A stretch of DNA of 39,300 nucleotides. It comes from Gemmatimonadota bacterium. Lineage in GTDB: Bacteria; Gemmatimonadota; Gemmatimonadetes; Palauibacterales; Palauibacteraceae. Positions 1-9,373 of the stretch are shown one piece after another; the first letter of the stretch is position 1; each line of letters starts with the position of its first letter. The translations under genes were made by a program, and so were the position numbers. The stretch is from the NCBI GenBank assembly GCA_046758745.1, contig JBHIAV010000028.1, positions 1 to 39,300 on the forward strand, read 5' to 3'. The notes beneath the pieces are model-generated. The model was not told the DNA's origin. It did not search any database and saw only the letters and a program-made list of their open reading frames with translations.

Positions 1-352
1 CGACGTAACGGCCCGGTTCCTTCTCAAACCGCCTCCGACAGGCCATCGTGCAAAAATAGTACGTCTTTCCGCCGAACTCGGCTCTCGCCACAGCCTTCTC
101 AGGCTTGAACCGCATGCCGCATACAGGATCGGTGACCTTCGTAGCTTCCGTCGTCACAGCTCCCTCCTGTGCCCGGCTGAACGAGATCGATGCGTTCAGC
201 GAATCGTTGAGAGCCGCGAATGCACCGTCCACCTCAGGGAGGGCAAGACTTGCGCGGAGCCGCACACGCGCCGGATCGCGAACGCAGACCTCCGGCGTGG
301 CCGCCTCCGCCTCCTCGAAACACATCCCGCAAACGGGATCTCGAAATTTCAC
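1..352 (-). CDS. YHS-domain protein, partial (runs off left edge)
   Basis: Not in the ORF track (no stop in window). Manual translation from GTG at 352 after AAGGAAGG gives MKFRDPVCGMCFEEAEAA...VTDPVCGMRFKPEKAVARAEFGGKTYYFCTMACRRRFEKEPGRYV; DPVCGM...YYFCxxxC...F..EP.RY is the YHS signature. Alternative in-frame GTG start at 157 after AGGAGGGAG. Confidence 0.85.
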   Translation of the reverse strand, partial: MKFRDPVCGMCFEEAEAATPEVCVRDPARVRLRASLALPEVDGAFAALNDSLNASISFSRAQEGAVTTEATKVTDPVCGMRFKPEKAVARAEFGGKTYYFCTMACRRRFEKEPGRYV

Positions 353-403
353 GACATCCTTCCTTCTCTTCCTCGAGCCGCCTGCCGGCCATGCCGGTTG
401 CGC

Positions 404-1072
404 CTAAGGCTGAGGAGCGTCGCCCATCATGCCACTGGCGTCATCATCCATCTGACGGCACTCACTCATCATTTCCCGCATCATACGCATCCCGTAGCGC
501 ACTTTGGGACGCTGCTCCGGCGTCAGGACCTCCATGGCCCGCTGCCCGGAACGAAGCGACCGCATACACGCCTGAACGTGAAGATCGGCGAGGTCCGTAA
601 GGAGAGACTCGACGCGGGAGAGATCCGGATCGTCGCCGTTCTGCACCTCCATGAGCTGCTCACGGAGGGCACTGACCCGCGCCGTCCGAGCCCCTCTGGC
701 CTCGGCCGACTCCTTCTGGATCTCCTCCAGGCGCTGTACCTGCGAGTCGGTGAGCTCCAGGGCTTCCTTCTGTTTGAGGATCATCGCGGCGCTGGGGCCC
801 ATCGTGCCCATCATCCCCGTGCCGCGTCCCATCTGCATACCCCCCTTACCGGTACCCACGCCCATCATGCCGGACATCTTCATGGGACAGGGCATGTCCA
901 CTTCCATCATGCCCTCCATGCCTTCCATGCCCTGCACCCCCCGCATCCCTTGAACGCCCTGCCTTTCCACCTTCTGCTGCCCCTGTGGGTGGTGTTCCTG
1001 CGTCAGGCCCACAGCGGGCAGGGCTAGAAGTGCGAAGAGGCTCAGGCCCATGCTGATCCTCTGCCGTTTCAT
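404..1072 (-). CDS. Met-rich periplasmic Spy/CpxP/ZraP-like (LTxxQ) metal-associated protein
   Basis: Signal peptide; LTDSQ and LTPEQ motifs; long Met/Gly-rich segment; AAGGAGG RBS; located in a copper cluster. Confidence 0.8.
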   Translation of the reverse strand: MKRQRISMGLSLFALLALPAVGLTQEHHPQGQQKVERQGVQGMRGVQGMEGMEGMMEVDMPCPMKMSGMMGVGTGKGGMQMGRGTGMMGTMGPSAAMILKQKEALELTDSQVQRLEEIQKESAEARGARTARVSALREQLMEVQNGDDPDLSRVESLLTDLADLHVQACMRSLRSGQRAMEVLTPEQRPKVRYGMRMMREMMSECRQMDDDASGMMGDAPQP

Positions 1073-1189
1073 CGGATTGCCTCCTTCGGAGTAGTAAGGT
1101 CCGTCTATTCTTCATTCAGGTCCGAAAGCCGTCTCATGCAAGCACCGACGTCCGTCGTCGGGGTGCATCAACAATATTCACTGTGCCGA

Positions 1190-1390
1190 ATGAAGCGCGG
1201 CTAAAATGCGCGTTAAGAACCCTTCATTCGCGAACGAAGATCGTCTCGCGCCAGGGCGGCCGGAGGCCGGCGGAGACGCGGGCGGCCCCGACCAGCAAGG
1301 CGGCGATGCCCGAAAAGATCGGGTTCCGAGCGAACGGATAGAGTATCGGAAAGGCAAGGAAGGGCGCAGCGAGGGCAAGGCGGTGGTGCC
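1190..1390 (-). pseudogene. Possible remnant of an isoprenylcysteine carboxylmethyltransferase (ICMT/PEMT)-family gene
   Basis: ILYPFARNPIFSGIAALLVG resembles the ICMT-family Y..RNPxYxG motif. A different frame gives NEGFLTRIL, resembling the downstream EExFL segment. No intact ORF. Confidence 0.3.
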
Positions 1391-1712
1391 GATGCCTGCC
1401 GTGGTGTCGCTCCTCATTTCCGACGGGCTCCAGCCTCCGCCTAGTAACCACATTGTACAGGACCGCCCCGAGCCCGCCGTTTCCCGCCCACGATCTCGGC
1501 GCGTGGATGAACGGCCGCTGAAGATGCAGGGAAGCTGACTTCATGCTTCCATGCGGTTTCTCATCGTCGTTCACCTCAAGAAATCTTCACTCCGTCTTTA
1601 CCGTCGCTTAAGAGCCGTGCTTACACCATTACTCCAGGCGTCACTTCGGTGGGCGTCTGATCGGCCGGCGAAGCGGCAAGCTAGCACTGGAGTAGAAGCG
1701 AGCGGATCGGCG

Positions 1713-1908
1713 ATGGGTTGGGTACGGGAGAATTGATTCTGGCTCGTGGTCGTCGGGCTGTTCGTCTGGATGCACATGAAGATGCAGTGGCGGAAACGGC
1801 CACGGCGGACATGGCGGAGGCGGCAGCTGTGGAGGGCATTCCCATGGCAGCGCTCGCGAACGCCACGGCCCTATAGGACGGAAGGAGGAAGCCAATGCTG
1901 AACATTAA
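1713..1908 (+). pseudogene. DUF2933-like small membrane protein, disrupted by a nonsense codon and a frameshift
   Basis: MGWVREN*FWLVVVGLFVWMHMKM with TGA at 1734-1736 where Trp (TGG) is expected. It continues in another frame as SGGNGHGGHGGGGSCGGHSHG...ANAEH*, overlapping the next start. Confidence 0.7.
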
Positions 1909-2152
1909 AGTCGTCACCTGGTCCCTCGCTCTCTTCGGGGCGGTCACCTTCGTCGTCTGCGTGCTGTACGGCCTGGTGGTTCCGGAATCACTGCACATGA
2001 CGCTCTTTCTGGAGAACACCCTGCCGGGATTCGAGTGGCTCACTCCGGCCGGCTTCGTGATTGGCCTTGTCGAATCTTTCCTGTACGGCGTGTACGCGGG
2101 TCTTGTCTTTGTCCCGATCCACAACGCGCTGTCGAAGCGGACTGCGGCGTGA
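1895..2152 (+). CDS. DUF5676-like small membrane protein of copper operons
   Basis: Two hydrophobic helices with LPGFEWLTPAGFVIGLVESFLYG; AAGGAGGA RBS; directly upstream of copA. Confidence 0.75.
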   Translation: MLNIKVVTWSLALFGAVTFVVCVLYGLVVPESLHMTLFLENTLPGFEWLTPAGFVIGLVESFLYGVYAGLVFVPIHNALSKRTAA

Positions 2153-2235
2153 CGCGACACCTTCGAGTGAGACTCAGAACCATAGCGCACAGGACCCGAA
2201 GATATTGGGGGTGAACAACCGTGCGAGAATCAGCC

Positions 2236-4722
2236 ATGGGAGCTGAAGACCTCGAAGTCGCGCGCTCCGTTCAGGACGCAGCCAACGCCGAACTCTCCGT
2301 GCTGGACATGGAGTGCAACAACTGCGCGGAGACGATCGAGGACGCGCTGAGGATGGTGGACGGGATCCGCAAAGCGCACGTAAACAGCACTACGGGGAAC
2401 GTGCACATCGCCTACGAGCCCTCGAAGACCGAGATCAGGGAGGTCGTAGAAGCGATCGAGCACAGCGGTTACCGGGTGGGCCGCGAGGCGCTTCACGCCC
2501 GCGTGCGAGGGATGCATTGTGCGAGCTGCGTGAGCACGATCGAGGAATCGCTGGACCGTACGGCCGGGGTCTTGAGCGCCACGGTGAACCCGGCCACGGA
2601 GACGGCGAGCGTGGAGTACCTGCCGAGCATGGCCGACTTCGGGTCGATTAAGCAGGCAATCGAGTCCACCGGCTATTACACGGCCGAAACCCCGAAGGAC
2701 GAGGAGGTGGACCGGGAGACGGCCGACCGCACGGCCGAGTATCGCTCGCTCATGCGGAAGTTCTGGTTCGCCGCCGGCGTTTCCATCCCTGTGCTGGCCA
2801 CCGCCTACCCCGAGTTCGTGCCCGGCCTGTCGCAGCTGAGCCGGACGGCGATCCGCTGGATCTGGGCCGTCGATGCACTGCTCGCCCTGGCGGTGCTGCT
2901 GTACTCAGGTCGCCACTTCCTCAGCGGGATGGTGTCGGCGTTCAAGCACCGTTCGGCGGATATGAACACGCTGATCGCGCTCGGCACGAGCGCGGCCTGG
3001 ATCTATTCGGCCGTCGCGATCGCTTTACCGGGCCTGTTCCCTGAGGGAACGGCAGAGCCGTTCTTCGACGTGACGGCGGTGGTGATCGCGCTCGTGGTCC
3101 TGGGCCAGGCACTCGAGGTCAGAGCAAAGGGTCGGACCTCGGAGGCGATCAGAAAGCTGCTGGACCTGCAGGCGAAGACCGCCCGCGTGGTCCGGAACGG
3201 CGTCGAGGTCGACATCCCCGTGGAGGAGGTCGAGGTGGACGACATCGTCGTCGTGCGGCCCGGCGAGAAGATCCCGATCGACGGCGTCGTCGTCGAGGGC
3301 TCCAGTGCGATCGATGAGTCGATGGTCACCGGGGAGAGCATCCCGGTCGAGAAGGGAGCGGGGGACGAGGTGATCGGCGCGACGATCAACAAGGCGGGCA
3401 GCCTGAAGTTCAGGGCCACTAAGGTCGGCAAGGACACGGCGCTCGCCCAGATCGTCAAGATGGTCCGGAAGGCGCAGGGATCGAAGGCGCCGATCGCCCG
3501 AACCGTGGACGTCGTGGCCAGCTACTTCGTGCCGACGGTGATGATCATCGCGCTGCTCGCCTTCGGTGTCTGGTATACCGTCGGCCCGAGCCCTCAGCTC
3601 ACCTTTGCTACCGTCGTGGCGGTTACCGTCCTCATCATCGCCTGCCCGTGCGCCCTCGGTCTGGCGACCCCCATGTCGCTCATGGTCGGGGTCGGAAAGG
3701 CGGCCGAGAAGGGAGTGCTGATCCGGAACGGGGAGGCGCTTCAGACCGCCCGGGCCCTGGATTCGATCGTTCTCGACAAGACGGGCACGATCACGAAGGG
3801 GCTGCCCGAGCTCACGGACGTTCGTCCCGCCGAAGGATTCGAGGAAGGCGGGGTGCTCCGGCTGGCGGCCTCGGCCGAGCGCCGCTCCGAGCACCCACTG
3901 GGCGAGGCGATCGTCGGAGGGGCGCAGGCCCGAGGTCTCGAGTTGGACGAGCCCGAAGCTTTCAGCGCCATCGCGGGCCACGGGCTCGAGGCGAGAGTGA
4001 AGGAGACGGAGGTCCTGCTCGGGAACAAGAAGCTCATGGTCGACCGGGGCATCGAGTTCGGTCGTCTGTGGGACGAGGCCGTTCGTCTCTCAGATGAAGG
4101 CAAGACGCCGATGTTTCTCGCGCTGGATGGCGAGGCGGCCGCGATCATCGCCGTCGCGGACACGCTGAAGGAGGACTCCGTGGCCGCCGTCCGGTCCCTC
4201 CGTTCGCTGGGTCTGGAGGTGGTCATGATCACCGGTGACAACGAGCGCACCGCTAACGCGATCGCCCGTCAGGTCGGCATCGAGCGGGTGATGTCCGAGG
4301 TGTTGCCCGAAGACAAGGCGGCCCAGGTGCAAAAGCTCCAGGCCGAGGGCAAGAAGGTCGGCATGGTCGGGGACGGCATCAACGACGCCCCCGCCCTCGC
4401 CCAGGCCGATGTGGGAATTGCCATCGGGACCGGCACCGACGTGGCGATCGAGGCCGCGGACGTTACGCTTGTTGGGGGGAGTCTCGGCGGGGTGGTGCTG
4501 GCGATCGAGATCTCGAGGCGCACCTTCAGGAACATCAAGCAGAATCTGGTCGGCGCGTTCGGCTACAACACGCTCGGGATCCCGGTAGCGGCCGGGGTTC
4601 TCTACCCCGCCTTCGGAACGCTCCTCTCCCCGCTGATCGCCGGCGCCGCCATGGCGTTCAGCTCCGTCACCGTGGTCACCAACGCGAACCGGCTCAGGCG
4701 GTTCCAGCCGAAGGGGGTTTAG
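2236..4722 (+). CDS. copA: Cu(I)-translocating P1B-1 ATPase
   Basis: Two HMA domains (MECNNC, GMHCASC), [29 protein letters not shown] and MAFSS motifs. Start is ATG 2236 or GTG 2221. Confidence 0.95.
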   Translation: MGAEDLEVARSVQDAANAELSVLDMECNNCAETIEDALRMVDGIRKAHVNSTTGNVHIAYEPSKTEIREVVEAIEHSGYRVGREALHARVRGMHCASCVSTIEESLDRTAGVLSATVNPATETASVEYLPSMADFGSIKQAIESTGYYTAETPKDEEVDRETADRTAEYRSLMRKFWFAAGVSIPVLATAYPEFVPGLSQLSRTAIRWIWAVDALLALAVLLYSGRHFLSGMVSAFKHRSADMNTLIALGTSAAWIYSAVAIALPGLFPEGTAEPFFDVTAVVIALVVLGQALEVRAKGRTSEAIRKLLDLQAKTARVVRNGVEVDIPVEEVEVDDIVVVRPGEKIPIDGVVVEGSSAIDESMVTGESIPVEKGAGDEVIGATINKAGSLKFRATKVGKDTALAQIVKMVRKAQGSKAPIARTVDVVASYFVPTVMIIALLAFGVWYTVGPSPQLTFATVVAVTVLIIACPCALGLATPMSLMVGVGKAAEKGVLIRNGEALQTARALDSIVLDKTGTITKGLPELTDVRPAEGFEEGGVLRLAASAERRSEHPLGEAIVGGAQARGLELDEPEAFSAIAGHGLEARVKETEVLLGNKKLMVDRGIEFGRLWDEAVRLSDEGKTPMFLALDGEAAAIIAVADTLKEDSVAAVRSLRSLGLEVVMITGDNERTANAIARQVGIERVMSEVLPEDKAAQVQKLQAEGKKVGMVGDGINDAPALAQADVGIAIGTGTDVAIEAADVTLVGGSLGGVVLAIEISRRTFRNIKQNLVGAFGYNTLGIPVAAGVLYPAFGTLLSPLIAGAAMAFSSVTVVTNANRLRRFQPKGV

Positions 4723-5097
4723 ATGTCGTGGGACGTCGTCGTGGTGGACTTCGCGGTCGCGAGCGCGATCGTGTGGGTAGTCTGGTTCTTCTGGCTTTCC
4801 GAGAAGGAAGCGGTGCGCGCCGCGGTGGCCGGCGGCACCCAAGAGGTTCAGATACGGGTCAAGGGAGGATACGACCCGGACGTGATCATCGTGGAGAGCG
4901 GCCGTCCGGTGAAGTTGCACTTCAACCGGCAGGAGACGGCCGCCTGCAGCGAGATGGTTGTCTTCCCGGATTTCGGGATCTCCCGACTGCTGCCGGCCGC
5001 TGAGATCGTCACGCTCGAGCTCACGCCGGAGAGCCCCGGCGAGTACGAGTTCTCGTGCCAGATGGGGATGCTGAGGGGCAAGCTCGTCGCACGGTGA
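4723..5097 (+). CDS. Membrane-anchored cupredoxin-domain protein (CupA-like)
   Basis: N-terminal TM helix; VKGGYDPDVI, ACSEMVVFPDF and YEFSCQMGMLRGKL; starts immediately after the copA stop. Confidence 0.9.
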   Translation: MSWDVVVVDFAVASAIVWVVWFFWLSEKEAVRAAVAGGTQEVQIRVKGGYDPDVIIVESGRPVKLHFNRQETAACSEMVVFPDFGISRLLPAAEIVTLELTPESPGEYEFSCQMGMLRGKLVAR

Positions 5098-5145
5098 ACT
5101 CGCACGACCGACGGATGTGCGATGCGCCGGCTCGCACGGCCTCAG

Positions 5146-5304
5146 CGATTCTTCCGGGCGGATCGGGCCCGCGGGCACAACGGCGGGGCGGGACTCGGAC
5201 TGCCCATCGCCAAAGCGATCGTCGAGGCGCATGGCGGGACCATCGAGGTGCGCTCCAGGGCAGGCGAGGGCACCAGGGTGGAGCTGACGCTGCCGGCGAG
5301 CTGA
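5146..5304 (+). pseudogene. C-terminal remnant of a sensor histidine kinase (HATPase_c)
   Basis: [50 protein letters not shown] covers the F box to G2/G3 boxes only. No H-box, N-box or sensor domain fits in the ~50 bp upstream. Confidence 0.8.
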
Positions 5305-5375
5305 TCCTGTGGGCCAATTCCGATCGGCAGTCCCCCACGTGAGTACGCCGTAGTCACGACAACGGCGCGTCCTCG

Positions 5376-6260
5376 CTAGAGGCTCGGCTCACACCCCTCA
5401 CCCCCTGCGGCCTCGATCTGGAATGTCGAGTGCGCGATGCCAAACTTCCCTCGAGCGATTCCCTCCAGCTTCTGGAGGACTCGCTGCGGGTCGACGGACT
5501 CGCCGAGGTCCACATGAGCGGTCAGGAGCGGTACCCCTGAGGTGAGAGTCCAAACGTGGAGGTCATGTACGCCCGTAACACCTTCGACACCGCACAGCGC
5601 GCTCCGTATCGATGGCACGTCCAGACCCTTCGGCGTGCTCGCCATAAGGACGTTGACCGACTCCTTAAGCAGGTTCCAGGAGCTGTAGAGGATGAGTACA
5701 CCGATGAGTGCTCCGGCAATCGGATCTGCTCGTCGCCACCCGAAGGCCCAGACCATCACGGCTCCACCGATTGCCCCGATAGAGCCGAGCGTGTCCCCGA
5801 CCACGTGCAGCCAGGCCCCCTGGACGTTGAGGTTCTCTTTCCGGCCGGCGTGCAGGAGCCACACCCCAATTCCGTTGACGATGAGCCCGCCCGTCGCGAC
5901 AGCCAGCATGGTCGGGCCCACCACATCCGGCGGATCCAGCAACCGCCGATATGCCTCGAAGAAGATGTAGGCAGAGATGGCGACCAGCGTGGCGCCGTTC
6001 GCCAGAGCGGCGAGAATCTCGGCCCGGTGGTAACCATATGTCCTTTCCTCGGTTGCGGGTTTCTCGGCCAGCCGCATCGCCCAAAGCGACAGGCCGAGCG
6101 CCGCGACGTCGGTGGCCATGCGGCCCGCATCCGCGAGCAGGGCGAGCGAGTTGGCGAGGAGTCCGCCGATGAACTCGGCGGCCATGTAGGCCGCTGCGAT
6201 TCCGAGGGCCCACGCCACTCGACGACGATTTTCCTCCCGGTCATTTCGTCCGGCACTCAC
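5376..6260 (-). CDS. czcD: CDF-family Zn/Cd/Co efflux transporter (CzcD/ZitB-like)
   Basis: SLALLADAGxMATD, TYGYHRAEILAALANG, AWLHVVGDTLGS, VHDLHVW, HSTFQIE. GTG start overlaps the PII stop (GTGA). Confidence 0.92.
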   Translation of the reverse strand: MSAGRNDREENRRRVAWALGIAAAYMAAEFIGGLLANSLALLADAGRMATDVAALGLSLWAMRLAEKPATEERTYGYHRAEILAALANGATLVAISAYIFFEAYRRLLDPPDVVGPTMLAVATGGLIVNGIGVWLLHAGRKENLNVQGAWLHVVGDTLGSIGAIGGAVMVWAFGWRRADPIAGALIGVLILYSSWNLLKESVNVLMASTPKGLDVPSIRSALCGVEGVTGVHDLHVWTLTSGVPLLTAHVDLGESVDPQRVLQKLEGIARGKFGIAHSTFQIEAAGGEGCEPSL

Positions 6261-6655
6261 TGGCGATGGGCCTCTGGCCGGTCATGGAACCGCTCCGGAT
6301 CGCCCAGGGGCGACCACAGGGCATCGCGTCCCGTCTCGCCGGTCCGAACCCTCACGGCAATCTCCACGTCCAAGACGAAAATCTTGCCGTCTCCCTTGTT
6401 CCCGGTGTGCGCGGCCCGGAGAATCGTCTCCCGTACCTCCTCCATTCGCTCGTCCGGGACCACCGTCTCGATCTTCACCTTCTTCGCGTAGTCGATGAGA
6501 TCCTCGACGGTCTTGTGCTTCCCCTCCGCTGCCTTCTGCTGACCGAAGCCGTTCACGTCCGCGACGCTGAGTCCGGGAAACTCCGGAAGGTCCTGCAACG
6601 CCCGGGTCACGTCCCCCAGCTTAAAGGGCTGGACGTAGGCGATGATGAGCTTCAT
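6257..6655 (-). CDS. PII-family protein associated with metal efflux genes
   Basis: MKLIIAYVQPFKL...GLSVADVNGFG...KVKIETVV...AHTGNKGDGKIFV...VRVRTGE. ATG 6655 follows AAGGAGG. Confidence 0.9.
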   Translation of the reverse strand: MKLIIAYVQPFKLGDVTRALQDLPEFPGLSVADVNGFGQQKAAEGKHKTVEDLIDYAKKVKIETVVPDERMEEVRETILRAAHTGNKGDGKIFVLDVEIAVRVRTGETGRDALWSPLGDPERFHDRPEAHRQ

Positions 6656-6754
6656 CTCACGACCCTCCTTCGATTGTCGCCGAAACGTGTCCTGTGCCAC
6701 ACCACGCAGCTCTGGGAAGAAGGCCCAGCGACCACGGGCTTGCGCTTCGATTCA

Positions 6755-9355
6755 TCAGAACTCGACCTTCTCCCGCTCGAACCAGCCGTACAGGGTCGGC
6801 AACACGACCAGGGTCAGCAGCGTGCTCGTGACCAATCCACCGACCACTACGGCGGCCAGGGGACGCTGCACCTCGGAGCCGGTCCCGCTCGCGAACAGCA
6901 GGGGAGTGAGCCCCAGGCTGGCCACCAGCGCCGTCATGAGGACGGGCCGGAGGCGCAGCTCGGACCCCTGCAGGATCGCTTCTCGTAGCGGGAGCCCTTC
7001 TTGGCGGAGCTGATTAATGTAGCTGACAAGCACGACCCCGTTCAGCACCGCCACGCCGAACAGTGCGATGAAGCCAACGGAGGCCGGCACGCTCAGGTAT
7101 TGGCCGGAAATCCACAGCGCCACGATCCCGCCGATCATCGCAAAGGGGACGTTTAGGACGATCAGCAGCGCGTTGCGCAGGGAGTTGAAGCTTGAGAAGA
7201 GGAGCAGGAAGATGAGGAGCACCGTCACCGGTACAATTATGCTCAGCCTCCTCATCGCCCGCTGCTGGTTCTCAAACTGGCCGCCCCAGGTCAAGAAATA
7301 GCCTGGGGGTAGCTCTACCTGCTCTTTAATCCGCTGCTGGGCATCCGCAACGAAGCCGCCCATGTCGCGCCCTCGCACGTTCGCCTGGATGACCAGCCGA
7401 CGCTGGTTGTCGTCGCGGCTGATCTGCTTCGGGCCTGTTACCAGCGAGATGTCGGTGAGGCGAGACAGCGGTACGCGTTCACCGCCCGGCGCTTGCACGA
7501 GGATGTTCGAGATTGCCTGTAGGTCGTTCCGCGATTCCTTTCTGAAGCGCACGAAGATGTCGTACCGCCGCTGACCCTCGAACACCTGACCCGCGCTCTC
7601 GCCCCCGATTGCGATCCGCACTATTTGTTGCACGTCTTCGACGTTGACCCCGTATCGGGCGATGGCGTGCCGGTCGACCTGGATCTGGAGCTGGGGCTGT
7701 CCGGCCACCTGTTCCGCCTGAACGTCGGCCGCGCCTGGGACCTCGCGGACGATCGCTGCGATTTGGTCCCCCAGCTCAACGAGCCGGTGCAGATCCTCGC
7801 CGAACAGCCGTATGGCCAGCTGGGCCTTCACGCCGGACAATAGCTCGTCCGTTCGGAGTTGAATCGGCTGCGAGAAGTTGAGTAGCACACCGGGGAAGCG
7901 GGAGAGCCGTCGGTCGAGCTCGCGGATGAGTGCCTCCTTGTTGCGCCCAGTCGTCCACTCCCCCTCGGGCTTGAGGTCGATGTAGATCTCCGTGTTGTTC
8001 ACCGGCTCCGGGTCTCCTCCGACTTCAGCCCGGCCGATCTTCGAGACGACGGTGTTGATCTCCGGAAGGTCGAGGATGGCGCGCTCCATCTGGCCGGTCA
8101 GCTCTACCGCTGACTCCAGCGCCGTAGACGGCGCCATGGTCACGCGTACCAGGATCGATCCCTCGTCGAGTACTGGGATGAACTCGGTACCGAGGAAGGG
8201 CACCAGGAAGAGACTCACAATCAGCGCCAGCACGGCGACGCCGATGGTTCTCCACCGATGCCGGACCGTCTTCTCCAAGATGGGGCGGTAGCGACGCTTC
8301 AGGAACGCCACGAGCCGGTTCTTCTCCACGCCGGTTTTCTTGAGGAGGAAGCTGCACAGCATCGGGATCACGGTGAGACTGAAGACGAGTGAGCCCAGCA
8401 TGGCGAAGCTGATAGCGAACGCCATCGGCGAGAACATCTTGCCCTCCACACCCTGCAGCGTGAAGAGGGGAAGGAACACGACGATAATGATCGCGACGGC
8501 GAACACGACCGGCCGGCCCACTTCCTGCGCCGCCCGGCGCACGATGCGTATCTTCGGCTCGTCGGTCTCCCCCACCTCGCCCAGGTGCCGGAAGATGTTC
8601 TCGACCATCACCACGCCGCCGTCCACCATCATCCCGAGACCGATTGCAAGACCGCCGAGGGACATGAGGTTCGCCGACATGCCTAGCACGCGCATGAGGC
8701 TGAACGCGACGAAAAGCGAGAGGGGGAGGAGGACGGTGACCACGAGGGCGCTACGGACGTTGCCGAGAAACAGCAGTAGGACGACCACGATGAGGATTCC
8801 TCCCTCCTGAAGGGCGTCCTTCACCGTGTCCACCGCCTTCTCCACCAGGTCGGCCTGGTCATAGTAGGGACGGACCTGGACGCCCTCCGGGAGGATCTCA
8901 TTGATCGCCCTCACCTTCTCTTTAACGGCCTCGATCACTTCCGCCGTGTTCTCACCGATCAGCTTGAGCACGATCCCGGAGACGACTTCGCCCTTCCCGT
9001 CCCGCGTCACGACGCCGCGCCGGATCTCCGGCCCGAACTCCACCCCGGCCAAGTCGCCGACCCGGATTGGCGTGCCGCCGTGGGTCTCCACCACCATGTT
9101 GCGGATGTCGCGCAGGTTCTCCACCCAGCCGAGGCCTCGGACCAGGTACTCTTCATCATTCCGCTCGATGAAGCTGCCGCCGGCGTTCTGGTTGTTGTCC
9201 TCGATGGCCTGGATCACCTGACCCAGCGTCACGTCGAACTCGAGCAGCTTGTTCGGATCGATGCCGACGTGGTACTGGCGGACATGCCCGCCGAAGCTCA
9301 AGACCTCGGTCACGCCCGGCACCGTCCTCAAGTTGAACTTCACGACCCAGTCCTG
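6755..9355 (-). pseudogene. czcA: CzcA/CusA-family heavy-metal RND permease, 5'-truncated
   Basis: ANLMSLGGLAIGLGMMVDGGVVMVEN, RLRPVLMTAL and GSEVQRPLA. Homology begins at QDWVVKFNLRTVPGV about 20 nt after the czcB stop; TM1 and the first periplasmic subdomain are absent (862 aa versus >1000 aa typical). Confidence 0.85.
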
Positions 9356-9373
9356 CCTTCGCGAAGACGCGCT

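Noticed and set aside
1630-1694. TACTCCAG / CTGGAGTA inverted repeat as a MerR/CueR operator
   Set aside because: The half-sites are 49 nt apart, no 19-bp-spacer promoter is evident, and no MerR gene is in the window.
1734-1736. Selenocysteine or TGA=Trp recoding in the small ORF
   Set aside because: The position suits Trp, the gene also has a frameshift, and TGA is a normal stop elsewhere in the window.
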